A model generated the notes under the pieces. The model had not been told where the DNA came from and searched no databases. It saw only the letters and a list, made by a program, of their open reading frames with translations. Source: Chloroflexota bacterium (lineage in GTDB: Bacteria > Chloroflexota > Dehalococcoidia > E44-bin15). From it: 64,000 bases of DNA. The position numbers were made by a program, and so were the translations under genes. The DNA lies in NCBI GenBank assembly GCA_034189655.1, contig JAXHUE010000005.1, forward strand, positions 4,408 to 68,407, written 5' to 3'. Of the stretch, positions 31,591 through 40,980 are shown piece by piece. Within the stretch, counting starts at the first letter, position 1; each line of letters starts with the position of its first letter.

Positions 31591-31846
31591 CGGGGCAAGG
31601 CCCAGCTCCAAGGCCCGGACGGAAAGCCCCCCTCCCCATGACCTGCTGAGGTGAAACCGGCACCCCGTGCCGACACGCCCACTGTACTCCCTTCGCCAGC
31701 ACGCCGCCCTTTGCCGGGGCAAGGCCCAGGCACCAAGGCCTGGGCAGAGAGCCCCCATCCCCATGACCTGCTGAGGTGAAACCGGCACCTGGTGCCGACA
31801 CGCCCACTGCACTCCCTTCGCCAGCACGCTGCCCTCTGCCGGGGCA
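31591..31846. repeat. Intergenic tandem direct repeat: two units of 124/125 bp plus the start of a third
   Basis: Units begin CGGGGCA at 31591, 31715 and 31840, and share CCCCATGACCTGCTGAGGTGAAACCGGCACC..GTGCCGACACGCCCACTG.ACTCCCTTCGCCAGCACGC. Confidence 0.92.
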
Positions 31847-32056
31847 CGCCCACGCCTTTACCCAGGACAAGGTTATACCACAGCGGATATCGCCATCCGG
31901 GTAGACCGTGGTCGCCATGAAGGAAGGTGAGAGGGCTGCCGCGGCGGCACCGTGGGGGAAAGGGCGAAAAAAGGGGACATCCAGGGGACACAGGGGACGA
32001 GCTCACCAGCCCTTGCCAGGATGGGGTAACCAGTCTATAATTCGAGGGGAGGGTTG

Positions 32057-32090
32057 CCCAGCGGGGAAGGAGGGTGTAATCCCCGCTGGG
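32057..32090. promoter_or_regulatory. Perfect 11-bp inverted repeat (CCCAGCGGGGA-N12-TCCCCGCTGGG) upstream of the DUF5658-like gene
   Basis: Read directly from the sequence. The same half-site recurs at 33793-33803. Confidence 0.5.
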
Positions 32091-32104
32091 CCGGTGCTAT
32101 ATAC

Positions 32105-32410
32105 ATGGCGCACGCGCTTTTGGACTCTGCCGCCACCTTCAGGAGGGGTGCGGCCGAGAAGGTATCGTTTGTGCTCTTGAACCAGCTGGACCTGGTACTG
32201 ACCGTTGTTGCCCTGTCCATAGGTCTCCAGGAGCTGAACCCCATCATGCGCAGCGCGGCGACATCACCCCTTCATCTGGTGCTGCTCAAGCTCGCCCTGC
32301 CGCTGCTCATCGCCTGGCTCGTCCCGGGCAAGCTTCTCCTGCCTGCCATCGCCCTCCTCGCATTCGTGGTGGGCTGGGACGTGAAGGAGCTGCTCCTGGG
32401 TATTCCCTAG
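32105..32410 (+). CDS. Small membrane protein, DUF5658-like
   Basis: LNQLDLVLT...G..ELNPIM...LLKL pattern, hydrophobic. Confidence 0.7.
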   Translation: MAHALLDSAATFRRGAAEKVSFVLLNQLDLVLTVVALSIGLQELNPIMRSAATSPLHLVLLKLALPLLIAWLVPGKLLLPAIALLAFVVGWDVKELLLGIP

Positions 32411-32434
32411 GCCCCCCATATCCGTGCACTGTCA

Positions 32435-33178
32435 CTAAGAGTACGAGGGGACCATCACCTTCCTTTTTCTGCGCAGGTTTGGCGAGAGCAGCTCACCGGT
32501 TGCCTCCAGGTAGAGCCTCGCGGCGCTCACCCTGGCGTGCTTATCTCCGAAGTTGGTCTCTGCCTTAAGCTTGCCGTACATGCTGTTGATGTGGTTCTCA
32601 ACCGTTCTCACATCTATGTACAGGGTCTCAGCTATCGCTGAGTTGGTGTACCCCTTGGAGAGCAAGCTCAAGATCTCCAACTCCCTGGCAGTAAGCTGTT
32701 TCAAGAAGGGATACTCAGGGTTCTCGGTGAACAGGAAACCGGCCAGGGCCGGGTCGAGAATGACCTGTCCCCGGCTGGCGGCAATGACGATACCCGTCAA
32801 CTGCTCGATGTGGTCCAAAGACTGCTTCAAGAATAGTGCCACTCCCCCCTCGCCCTTCAAGGCAAGGTCCCGCAGCAGCTCTATATGCTCACTATCATAG
32901 GATACCAGGAAAAGGACTATCCCGATGCCGGGGTTGTCGGCACGTATCTGCTCCAGCTCCTCGATGATGGCCTCATCGAGCTGCTTCGTTCCTACCATCA
33001 GTACATCGGGACCCTGGGTCAACACCTCACGACGCGCGGCACTTATATCGCCGTTCCTGAACACACTCACCAGATCAACGCGGTCGGTCTGGGAAAAGAC
33101 AAACCGGCATGCCTCCCGATGGAGCTCCTGCTCCTCCACTACAAAGAGCCGCACCGCCTTTGCTTTTGTCTGTGCCAT
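32435..33178 (-). CDS. Atypical NarL/LuxR-family regulator (pseudo-receiver plus LuxR HTH)
   Basis: LTARELEILSLLSKGYTNSAIAETLYIDVRTVENHINSMYGKL. The receiver has VVEE and LMVG in place of the phosphoacceptor Asp. Confidence 0.9.
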   Translation of the reverse strand: MAQTKAKAVRLFVVEEQELHREACRFVFSQTDRVDLVSVFRNGDISAARREVLTQGPDVLMVGTKQLDEAIIEELEQIRADNPGIGIVLFLVSYDSEHIELLRDLALKGEGGVALFLKQSLDHIEQLTGIVIAASRGQVILDPALAGFLFTENPEYPFLKQLTARELEILSLLSKGYTNSAIAETLYIDVRTVENHINSMYGKLKAETNFGDKHARVSAARLYLEATGELLSPNLRRKRKVMVPSYS

Positions 33179-33406
33179 CCTCTTGCCCTCTGGACCGTGT
33201 ATTTTCTCCCCTCACCACCTTCCCCTCCCAGCTCGTGCCCAGCCCTGTAGTGAAGACAGACGGCCCGTCGGGAAGCATAGGACTGTATTGGAACCGCTGA
33301 AGCGTTCATCTCTGTCTCACCTACCACCGATCTCGCAGCAACTGGCTACAGGGCCAGGGGCAACCAACACTCTCGATCCGACCTGAGATCTAGAACACGC
33401 GCTCCG

Positions 33407-33491
33407 TCTTCGGCAACCCGGCCATCCTGCTCCAGCTTCGGATCCGTGGCTTTGCGCCCCGCGATCTCTCGCGGTTTGCCTTTATCGGCAC
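33407..33491 (-). ncRNA. c-di-GMP-I (GEMM) riboswitch
   Basis: Minus strand reads GCCGAUAAAGGCAAACCGCGA-GAGA-UCGCGGGGCGCAAAGCCACGGAUCC...GGAUGGCCGGGUUGCCGAAG, with GGCAAAC, a GNRA-capped P2, GCAAAGC and a 3' GGGUUGCCGA. Confidence 0.88.
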
Positions 33492-33569
33492 TTCAGAGCG
33501 TTCCCATTTTACCAGGCATTGCCTGTCCAGCTCTTACGCACCATTGACACCCCTTGCCAGGCTCTGTAT

Positions 33570-33685
33570 GAGCGATATTATCTTTATTTTATGTATATTA
33601 CTGCTGAATGGTATATATAACACATTAGTAAAGATAATGCAACTATTTTAGATGTTCTTCAGCTATTATAAACAATTTCAGTCAA
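33570..33685. promoter_or_regulatory. AT-rich divergent promoter region between the riboswitch-luxR unit and the archaellin operon
   Basis: Sharp drop in GC (TTATTTTATGTATATTA, TATATATAAC, TATTATAAA) in a high-GC window. Confidence 0.6.
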
Positions 33686-33828
33686 CTGGGACTGGGGTGG
33701 TGCCCATTATGTCATACCACTCTCCCAATTGCAAGGGGTGCTAGCCCCTAATTCCAGTGATGGAACACTCTCAATCGCCTTCGGGGGACACCCCCAGCGG
33801 GGATAGGGGGTTTAGTGCCACGCAACAT

Positions 33829-33894
33829 TTGTGGAAATACCCCGCCAAAATGAGGGCTGCCATCGTAGAACTGGACAGGCGAAGGCGGTAGAGT
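33829..33894 (+). promoter_or_regulatory. Conserved promoter module, copy 2 (upstream of the archaellins)
   Basis: GGAAATACCCCGCCAAAATGAGGG. TAGAGT at 33889 lies exactly 42 bp after AAAATG (33847), as in the other two copies. Confidence 0.6.
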
Positions 33895-33933
33895 GTTGTC
33901 ACCGCTATGCCCAGCACACAAAAAGGGGATGCA

Positions 33934-34560
33934 GTGCGAGTAAATTGGGCACGAAGGCTAGCCGGCGATCAGCGAGGCATCACTGGCCTCGAGACCGCCA
34001 TCATACTCATCGCGTTCATCATGGTTGCCTCGGTATTTGCCTATGTGGTCCTCTCGGCGGGCCTGTTCTCCTCGCAGGAGGCGAAGGAGGTGGTCTACGA
34101 GGGAGTGGAGGAGGCCAGGAGCACCGTCCAGCTCAGGGGCAACGTCCTGGCCAGGATGGAGGGCGGGATAGCCACGGAGGTCTACTTCACCGTAGGCAGC
34201 ATGGCGGTATCCGAGCCCGTGGATTTCACCGATACATCAGAGGGGGACAACGTGGTGGTGATCTCGTACAGCGATGCCTATAACCAGTACCCCTCGCTGG
34301 ACTGGACCATGGAGCGTATTAGCACCATGAACGATGACAACCTGCTGGATGCCAACGAGCTGTTCCAGGTCACCGTAGACCTCGCGCAGGTCAACTGGGA
34401 GGACTGGGAGGCCGACCCCCCCCAGACACCGAGGCCATCGGAGCAGCAGCTGGTGGCCTATCGCGGCTTCACTCTGGAGGTAAAGCCCCCCAATGGGGCG
34501 GTGCTCACTATAGAGCGCACCCTGCCTGCGAGGGTAGAGCAGGTAGTGAATCTCTACTAG
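33934..34560 (+). CDS. arlB: Archaellin (ArlB/FlaB) 1
   Basis: Class III signal peptide RRLAGDQRG|[57 protein letters not shown] 33934 has an SD, ATG 33907 is an alternative start. Confidence 0.92.
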   Translation: MRVNWARRLAGDQRGITGLETAIILIAFIMVASVFAYVVLSAGLFSSQEAKEVVYEGVEEARSTVQLRGNVLARMEGGIATEVYFTVGSMAVSEPVDFTDTSEGDNVVVISYSDAYNQYPSLDWTMERISTMNDDNLLDANELFQVTVDLAQVNWEDWEADPPQTPRPSEQQLVAYRGFTLEVKPPNGAVLTIERTLPARVEQVVNLY

Positions 34561-34666
34561 GGGGGCACCAGATGGATACGATTTACCAGCAATGGGTCGA
34601 AAGGAGGTGAGGCATACACTTCGATCGTGACGATAACCATATCCTAGATATAGGAAAGGAGGAAAA

Positions 34667-36253
34667 ATGCTCAAGAAGCTAATACGACCGATACACAAGG
34701 ACGAAAAGGGAATAACCGGCCTCGAGACGGCCATCATCCTGATCGCCTTCGTGGTAGTAGCCGCGGTATTCGCCTACACCGTGCTCAGTGCCGGGCTGTT
34801 CTCAACCCAGAAGGGCCAGGAGGCGGTCTACTCCGGGCTGGAGGAGACCCAGAGCACCCTGGAGCTCAAAGGGGCAGTGGTGGCCCACGGCGAGAGCGAG
34901 CTGCACGACGGCAACTGCTGGGTGAACACCAACTCAACCAAGGTGACTACGTTCCAGCAGGACACCGCCAACAAGGCGACGGCCCCGGGCAGCGTCAAGC
35001 TGGTGGCCGATGCCGACTACAGCACTACCGCGGAGGTGATCTGCTACCACGACCTGGACGTGCCGGTGAGCCTCTCCAGCGGCGATAAGCTCAACATATG
35101 GCTGCGCAACAACGACGGCGTAAACGCCCTGGACGTGGCAAGCGGCCTGGAGCTGGTGCTCGATACCGACACCACCCACACCGGGGTTATAGGCACGTGG
35201 TCCAACAGCCTCACCTTCACCGGGTCGCTCGCCGCATCCACAGCGAGCACGTTCGAGAGCAGCGCGCTGGGCGCCCCAGTGACGGTCTACGCGGTGGGGC
35301 TCAAGGCCAAGGCCGACTTCAGCACCACCAGCATGCAGCTCAGCTTCGATGACATCGAGGAGAGCACCGAAGGGTCGCCGCAGGTCGACACCTGCGACGC
35401 CGTGTGGACGCCGACGGCAAACATCAACTTCAGCGGGAGCACCACCAATGTGGAAGGCTATGGTGCTGCTCAGTTCACCCTGGCGGGGGCGGCGATAAGC
35501 TCGGCCACGGAGCTGGGCACCATCGTCATCCCGACGAGGGACTTGAGCAGCAACGGCTACATCCACTTCTGGATACGGTCCAGCGTCGACGTCTTAGATG
35601 ACGCCACCGAGTACATGGCGCTCATCCTCCAGGACGACGGCGGCGACAGAGAGTCGTCACAGGGCACCGTTGGTGCGCTCACCGCCGGGACGTGGAAGAA
35701 GGTGAGCTGGGACATAAGCTCGCTTGACGTCGATAGCGTCGATGAGATCACGCTCAAGGTTGCGGGCAGTGGCCCATCGGTGGCCGATACCTCCAGCATC
35801 TACATCGACATCATCGAGACCGAGCCCGTCCTGAGCACCACCTATCCGATGAAGGCCTACGCCGACGAGTTGGTGTTCACCGTGTCCTGCGTGGCCGGTG
35901 GCGAGGACATCGACTTCACCATGCCCACCGACAGCGACAGCAACGGCCTGCCCGATGCCAACAGCCAGCACAAGGTGGTCATCTCCTTCAACGACCCGTA
36001 CATGGAAGTGAGTGACATCTCATGGAGCAAGAGCGTCGTGGGCAAGGACGACGGTGACAACCTGCTGGAGATCGACGAGAAGTTCCAGATCACGGTCGAC
36101 CTCTCCTACGTGAACAACCAGACCACTCTCGACGTGGAGAAGCTGGGCATCAACCGCACCTTCACCGTCGAGGTCAAGCCGCCCAAGGGTGCCGTGCTCA
36201 TCATCGAGCGCACCATGCCGGGTAAGGTAATGGCGGTAAACAACCTGTGGTAA
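34667..36253 (+). CDS. arlB: Archaellin 2 with two inserted jelly-roll/CBM-like domains (528 aa)
   Basis: KDEKG|[28 protein letters not shown], archaellin C-terminus [10 protein letters not shown]...[11 protein letters not shown], ~300-aa insert. Confidence 0.92.
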   Translation: MLKKLIRPIHKDEKGITGLETAIILIAFVVVAAVFAYTVLSAGLFSTQKGQEAVYSGLEETQSTLELKGAVVAHGESELHDGNCWVNTNSTKVTTFQQDTANKATAPGSVKLVADADYSTTAEVICYHDLDVPVSLSSGDKLNIWLRNNDGVNALDVASGLELVLDTDTTHTGVIGTWSNSLTFTGSLAASTASTFESSALGAPVTVYAVGLKAKADFSTTSMQLSFDDIEESTEGSPQVDTCDAVWTPTANINFSGSTTNVEGYGAAQFTLAGAAISSATELGTIVIPTRDLSSNGYIHFWIRSSVDVLDDATEYMALILQDDGGDRESSQGTVGALTAGTWKKVSWDISSLDVDSVDEITLKVAGSGPSVADTSSIYIDIIETEPVLSTTYPMKAYADELVFTVSCVAGGEDIDFTMPTDSDSNGLPDANSQHKVVISFNDPYMEVSDISWSKSVVGKDDGDNLLEIDEKFQITVDLSYVNNQTTLDVEKLGINRTFTVEVKPPKGAVLIIERTMPGKVMAVNNLW

Positions 36254-36325
36254 AGCGGGGTAGGCCTATGTGAAGAAGAGGAGATGTCACCCGCTGACCA
36301 GGAGCAACTCAGGAAAGGAGGAAAA

Positions 36326-36988
36326 ATGCTCAAGAAGCTAACACGACCGATGCACAAGGATGAGAGGGGGATAACCGGCCTGGAGACGGCCATCATCCTC
36401 ATCGCCTTCGTGGTGGTGGCCGCGGTGTTCGCCTACACCGTGCTCAGTGCCGGGCTGTTCTCCACCCAGAAAGGCCAGGAGGCAGTCTACTCCGGGCTCG
36501 AGGAGGCCCAGAGCACCTTGCAGCTAAAGGGCGGCGTCATCGCCAAGGCGACCACCACCGGCGAGACCGGCACCATTGGCCAGATAACGTTCACCGTGAC
36601 CAACGCCCTCGGCGGCGAGGCCATCGACTTCACGGAGCCAACGGCAGACACCACCGACAACGATGGCAAGGCCCACACCAACAGCAACAACGTGGTGGTG
36701 ATCTCCTACATCGACGACCACCAGCGGGTGGAGGACCTCTACTGGTCCATCACCAAGCTGGGAGAGGCCGATGCCGATAACCTGCTGGAGATCGACGAGA
36801 AGTTCCAGATCACCATCGGGGCCAGCACTACTGCGGGGGCGAGCGGCGGCAACCTGGTGAATGCCCTGGAACCCGACCTCTCGATAAACGATACCTTCAC
36901 CATAGAGGTGAAGACTCCCAAGGGGGCGGTGCTGCCCATAGAGCGGACGACACCTTCCTACATCGACACCGTAATGAGCCTGAACTAG
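36326..36988 (+). CDS. arlB: Archaellin 3 (compact, candidate major subunit)
   Basis: KDERG|[10 protein letters not shown], strong AGGAGG SD before ATG 36326. Confidence 0.94.
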   Translation: MLKKLTRPMHKDERGITGLETAIILIAFVVVAAVFAYTVLSAGLFSTQKGQEAVYSGLEEAQSTLQLKGGVIAKATTTGETGTIGQITFTVTNALGGEAIDFTEPTADTTDNDGKAHTNSNNVVVISYIDDHQRVEDLYWSITKLGEADADNLLEIDEKFQITIGASTTAGASGGNLVNALEPDLSINDTFTIEVKTPKGAVLPIERTTPSYIDTVMSLN

Positions 36989-37034
36989 GCATGGTTACAC
37001 AAGCGATAGCGCCGTGAAGAGAGTTGATATGGGT

Positions 37035-37082
37035 GGGAAGGGTTTTCCGGGCCCGCTCGCGCAAGGTGCGGAGGCCCTTCCC
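37035..37082 (+). terminator. Stem-loop between archaellin 3 and 4
   Basis: GGGAAGGGTTTTCCG...CGGAGGCCCTTCCC, no clear U-tract. Confidence 0.45.
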
Positions 37083-37111
37083 TTGCCAAATCGAGAAAGG
37101 AGGAAGGCTAG

Positions 37112-38233
37112 ATGATCCGGAAGCTAAAGAGCATTCACCGCAGCCAGGAAGGGATAACCGGTCTCGAGACGGCCATCATCCTGATCGCCTTCGTCGTGGT
37201 GGCCGCGGTGTTCGCCTACACCGTGCTCTCCGCCGGGCTGTTCTCCACCCAGAAAGGCCAGGAGGCAGTCTACTCCGGGTTGGAGGAGACCAGCTCCACC
37301 CTGGAGCTGCGGGGGAGCGTCGTCGCCTACACCACCGAGATACAGATAGACGACTGCGAGAACGCGTGGGACGACACCGTCGCCGGGGTGACCACGTCGG
37401 CGGATACAGACCGCAAGGAGGGCAGCTACAGCTCCAAGCTGGTGATCGCGAGCGGGTTCGCCGGCGGTCTGGTCTCCTACTACGACACCTCGACGTTAAT
37501 GATGCCCACCGCCGACAAGATACGTCTCTGGATCAAGGCCGATAGCGACGTAGCGGCGAGCGTCTTCGACTTGAACCTGTGCTCGGACAATGCCGGCGCG
37601 GTCTCGGTCGAGGACCTGGCCATCCCGGCACTGAGCGCCAACGAGTGGACGCTCGTCGAGCTCTCCCTCGCTGACCCGTCTGCCTGCACCGCCATCGAGT
37701 CGGTGGCGCTCTACGATGACGGAGACGCCGCGGGGGTCGTGAACGTGTGGCTGGACGACATCGAGATCGTGCCCTACGTCAACAAGGTAGAGTGCACCGT
37801 GACCAACGCCCTCGATGGGGATGCCATAGACGTGACCCCGCCCTACGTCATCGACTCGGACGGGAACGGCAACCTGGCGCCCAGCAACCTGGACAACGTG
37901 ATCCAGATCGCATTCAGCGATGACAACACCTTCATCGCCGAGTGTGCCTGGACCCTTTCCTGGGTGGGCAAGCACAGCGACGACTACCTCCTCGAGATCG
38001 ATGAGAACGCCGTCATCACCGTGTGGCTGGTGGACTACCCGTACAGCAGCACCAACAGCATGCTGTACTACGACCACGGCAGCGACGATAGCGACCCCTT
38101 CATCGACGATGAGGAGAAGCTCATCGGCACAAATCACACGTTCACCCTGGAGGTGAAGCCGCCTAAAGGTGCCGTGCTGCCCATCGAGCGCACTACACCC
38201 GGCTACCTGGACACAGTAATGGACCTTCACTAG
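37112..38233 (+). CDS. arlB: Archaellin 4 with one inserted CBM-like domain
   Basis: RSQEG|[10 protein letters not shown], insert IDDCENAW...VWLDDIEIV, C-terminus [18 protein letters not shown]. Confidence 0.92.
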   Translation: MIRKLKSIHRSQEGITGLETAIILIAFVVVAAVFAYTVLSAGLFSTQKGQEAVYSGLEETSSTLELRGSVVAYTTEIQIDDCENAWDDTVAGVTTSADTDRKEGSYSSKLVIASGFAGGLVSYYDTSTLMMPTADKIRLWIKADSDVAASVFDLNLCSDNAGAVSVEDLAIPALSANEWTLVELSLADPSACTAIESVALYDDGDAAGVVNVWLDDIEIVPYVNKVECTVTNALDGDAIDVTPPYVIDSDGNGNLAPSNLDNVIQIAFSDDNTFIAECAWTLSWVGKHSDDYLLEIDENAVITVWLVDYPYSSTNSMLYYDHGSDDSDPFIDDEEKLIGTNHTFTLEVKPPKGAVLPIERTTPGYLDTVMDLH

Positions 38234-38245
38234 CGTTCACTTGCC

Positions 38246-38279
38246 AGGGGTGGGGGCACCTTTAGGGGCCCCCACCCCT
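38246..38279 (+). terminator. Strong hairpin between the archaellins and the motor genes
   Basis: AGGGGTGGGGGC-ACCTTTAGGG-GCCCCCACCCCT, 12-bp perfect stem. Confidence 0.6.
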
Positions 38280-38389
38280 CGTGGCCCGATACGATCAGAA
38301 GGGCCTTTGTGAGAATTGGGGGGGCGGTGGGGCGGGTGGTGCGGTGGCCAGGACCTGTTACTCACAGGAACAGATAGGAGTGGTCTTCT

Positions 38390-38866
38390 GTGGACAAGGT
38401 AGTGACGACGGCTCTGCTGATCATAGCGGGGATCATATGTACCGTATTCATCTTTAACAGCGTCTACCCGATGGTGAACCGTTCCAGCGAGGCCATGGTG
38501 AGCATGGCTGAGAACATAGACGAGAGGATGAAGAGCAGCATAAACATAGTGCACGCGGCGAGCTCGTCCGACCGGCTCACGCACTATGTGTGGGTGAAGA
38601 ACGTGGGGGATGCCCGCATCACCACCATAGAGAGGAGCGACGTGTTTTTCGGCAAGGAGGGCAGCTTCTCTCGCGTTCCCCACACGTCGGAGGCCGGCGC
38701 CAGCTACCCCAGGTGGAGCTACACCATAGAGAACGATGCCGAGTGGAAGAAGGGTGCCACCGTGAAGATAACCATCACCTACGACGTTGACCCGGGGACC
38801 GGGACCTACTTCGTGAAGGTGATCATACCGAACGGGATAGCGGATGAGTACTACTTCAGCATTTAA
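38390..38866 (+). CDS. arlG: Archaellum stator protein ArlG/FlaG
   Basis: N-terminal TM, ERMKSSINIV, VWVKNVG, DVFFG, W..GATVKITI, GTYFVKVI.PNG. Confidence 0.85.
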   Translation: MDKVVTTALLIIAGIICTVFIFNSVYPMVNRSSEAMVSMAENIDERMKSSINIVHAASSSDRLTHYVWVKNVGDARITTIERSDVFFGKEGSFSRVPHTSEAGASYPRWSYTIENDAEWKKGATVKITITYDVDPGTGTYFVKVIIPNGIADEYYFSI

Positions 38867-38877
38867 CGGAGAGGAGA

Positions 38878-39411
38878 ATGGAGACTGCTATCGTCTCGTT
38901 GATATGCATCGCGCTCATCGTGCTCGGGGGGATGACCATCTCGCAGAGCTTCCTCGACTCGGTGGACAGCACCAGTAGCGGCCTCGAGGAGATGGGCGAT
39001 AGGGCCGGGGAGATCATGCGCACCGAGCTCTCTCCCCTCTCTGGGAGCCAGTCCCAGGCCGAGGTGCTGGACATATGGCTGGGGAACGATGGACAGACCA
39101 AGCTGGGCTCGTTCGATAAGTGGGATGTCATCGTTCAGTACTACGACGACGGCGGCTCGTATCACATAACGTGGCTTCCCTACACCGAGGAGGTGCCGGG
39201 AGACAATAAGTGGACGATAGCGGGGATATACCTCGACGTGGAGAGCTCGACGCCGGAGGTCTTTGAGCCAGATATCTTGAACCCAGGAGAGGACGTGGCG
39301 ATCGAGGCCAGGCTCGACCCGCCCGTGGGGGCCGGTACCACCAATATGGTGATAGTCGCCACCCCCAATGGCATCGCCACCGTCATCCCCTTCGCCGGAT
39401 ACCAGCCATAG
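38878..39411 (+). CDS. arlF: Archaellum stator protein ArlF/FlaF
   Basis: N-terminal TM, N.G.T.L...WDVIVQY, LNPGE, VIVATPNG, position after arlG. Confidence 0.8.
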   Translation: METAIVSLICIALIVLGGMTISQSFLDSVDSTSSGLEEMGDRAGEIMRTELSPLSGSQSQAEVLDIWLGNDGQTKLGSFDKWDVIVQYYDDGGSYHITWLPYTEEVPGDNKWTIAGIYLDVESSTPEVFEPDILNPGEDVAIEARLDPPVGAGTTNMVIVATPNGIATVIPFAGYQP

Positions 39412-39464
39412 CCGCTCCGGAGGTCGACCTCCGAGACAGCGGAGGTCGCAGAGGAAAAGGCAGC

Positions 39465-40970
39465 ATGAAGTTTGGAAGGCTTGGCAAGAGGCCAGAGGCG
39501 GGGGAGGGCGCACCGACCAAGGCGGCAGGTAACAGCAAGTATATCGACTTCGACCTGCTCTACCAGCTCTCCTACATGTCCGTCATCGCTGCGGCGGGCG
39601 TTCCCCGCAGCCAGATATTCGAGCGCTCTTCGCAGCTCTCGAACGCCTCTTCCAAGTATTTCAGGAAGATACAGCTCACCTGCCAGAGGCTGGGCTACGA
39701 CTACGCACGGGCGTGCCGGGTGGTGGGAGAGCAGGCGAAGGAGGAGGACATCAAGGGGCTCCTGCTCCGCTTCTCGAGCTCCCTGGTCTCCGGCGAGCCC
39801 GAGGCCGAGTTCCTGACCAGGGAGGCAGAGGCCCTGGCCAAGACCTACGACAACGAGTACGAGGGCAAGCTGGAGTCACTGCGGCAGTGGACCGATGCCT
39901 ATGTGTCCCTCACACTCTCGGCGGTGCTCGTGGTCATCATCGGCCTGGTATCTACCATGATATGGAAGATGGATACCATATTCATCATGGGGCTCATGGC
40001 GGTGTGCATCGGTTGCACTGCCGTGGGGGTATGGCTGCTCTATCTCATGTCGCCGCGAGAGGTCATGGTCCTGGGCTGGGACGCGCAGGGAAGGGGCGTC
40101 GTGAGGAAGGCGCTCAAGTTCTTCCTCCCCGCTGCCGTGGTGGTGTGCATCGTGCTCCTGGTACGGGGGGCAAACATCGGATGGATACTGCTCATCGGGG
40201 CTGCCCTGGTCTTGCCCATAGGGTTCGTGGCCTCGCGCGACGATAAGAAGGTGTCGGCGCGGGACGCCGAGGTGGGGCCCTTCTTGAGGTCACTGGGCGG
40301 TGTCTGTGCTGCCATAGGGACAACGGTGCGGGACGCCCTGGGGCGGCTGGACCTGGATTCGATAAACACGCTCAGGCCCCAGGTGAAGAACCTGCACACC
40401 AGGCTCGTCTCCGGCATCAGGGCCAGGCTGTGCTGGCAGCGGTTCATCGAGGAGACGGGGAGCGAGCTCGCCAGCAGGAGCGTGACCATGTTCTACGACG
40501 CCATCGATATGGGGGGAGAGCCGGAGCGGGCGGGGTACCACGCCTCGATCTTCGCCAACAAGATCGCGATGCTGCGCGCCCGGCGGAGGGTGGTGTCGTC
40601 ACCGTTCCACTGGCTGTGCATCGCCATGCATGGTGCGGTCATCATGCTGTTGGTCTTCGTCACCGAGGTGATCACCATCTTCGGGGGGATGGTGGCCGAG
40701 GCCGAGGAGGCCATGCCCCAGAGCCCGGGCGCCGCCTCGATGACTAGCTTTGCCAGCTTCAACTACTCAGGGATCGAGCTGATGGGCCGCATCGTGCTGC
40801 CCCTGGTCTTGATATTCACCGTGGCCAATGCGCTGGCCCCCAGCATAGTCGACGGCGGAAGCAAGTGGAAGTTCCTCTACCCGCTGGGGATAACGGCGGC
40901 CATATCGGGATTGAGCCTGATTGCGCTGCCCGGCGTGGCCACCTGGCTATTCAGCTCGATACAGATGTGA
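39465..40970 (+). CDS. arlJ: Archaellum platform protein ArlJ/FlaJ
   Basis: DLLYQLSYM, LGYDYARAC, SGEPEAEFL, YEGKLESLRQWTDAY, FLRSLG, two-repeat GspF-like fold with TM helices. Confidence 0.92.
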   Translation: MKFGRLGKRPEAGEGAPTKAAGNSKYIDFDLLYQLSYMSVIAAAGVPRSQIFERSSQLSNASSKYFRKIQLTCQRLGYDYARACRVVGEQAKEEDIKGLLLRFSSSLVSGEPEAEFLTREAEALAKTYDNEYEGKLESLRQWTDAYVSLTLSAVLVVIIGLVSTMIWKMDTIFIMGLMAVCIGCTAVGVWLLYLMSPREVMVLGWDAQGRGVVRKALKFFLPAAVVVCIVLLVRGANIGWILLIGAALVLPIGFVASRDDKKVSARDAEVGPFLRSLGGVCAAIGTTVRDALGRLDLDSINTLRPQVKNLHTRLVSGIRARLCWQRFIEETGSELASRSVTMFYDAIDMGGEPERAGYHASIFANKIAMLRARRRVVSSPFHWLCIAMHGAVIMLLVFVTEVITIFGGMVAEAEEAMPQSPGAASMTSFASFNYSGIELMGRIVLPLVLIFTVANALAPSIVDGGSKWKFLYPLGITAAISGLSLIALPGVATWLFSSIQM

Positions 40971-40980
40971 GGGCGGGACA

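Noticed and set aside
31641-31675. CTGCTGAG-GT-GAAAC followed by a hairpin, resembling a hammerhead ribozyme core
   Set aside because: The core needs CUGANGA (here CUGCUGA), there is no stem II, and no NUH cleavage triplet closes stem III.
31591-31846. Tandem repeat as a CRISPR array
   Set aside because: The whole 125-bp unit is repeated with no unique spacers, and no cas genes are present.
31226-31918. 230-aa minus-strand ORF spanning the tandem repeat
   Set aside because: It overlaps a real gene antisense, and the repeat period is not a multiple of 3.
33139-33327. Possible upstream ORF between the riboswitch and luxR, overlapping the luxR start
   Set aside because: It is short with no recognisable features, so it cannot be supported without ribosome profiling or conservation data.
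33407-33491. Riboswitch as the cGAMP-sensing GEMM-Ib variant
   Set aside because: The discriminating position appears to be G rather than A, favouring c-di-GMP.
33934-38233. Pilin-like genes as Flp/Tad or type IVa pilins, or as bacterial flagellin
   Set aside because: The G|[14 protein letters not shown]-terminus, the archaellin C-terminal motifs and the adjacent arlG/F/J/H/I identify them as archaellins.
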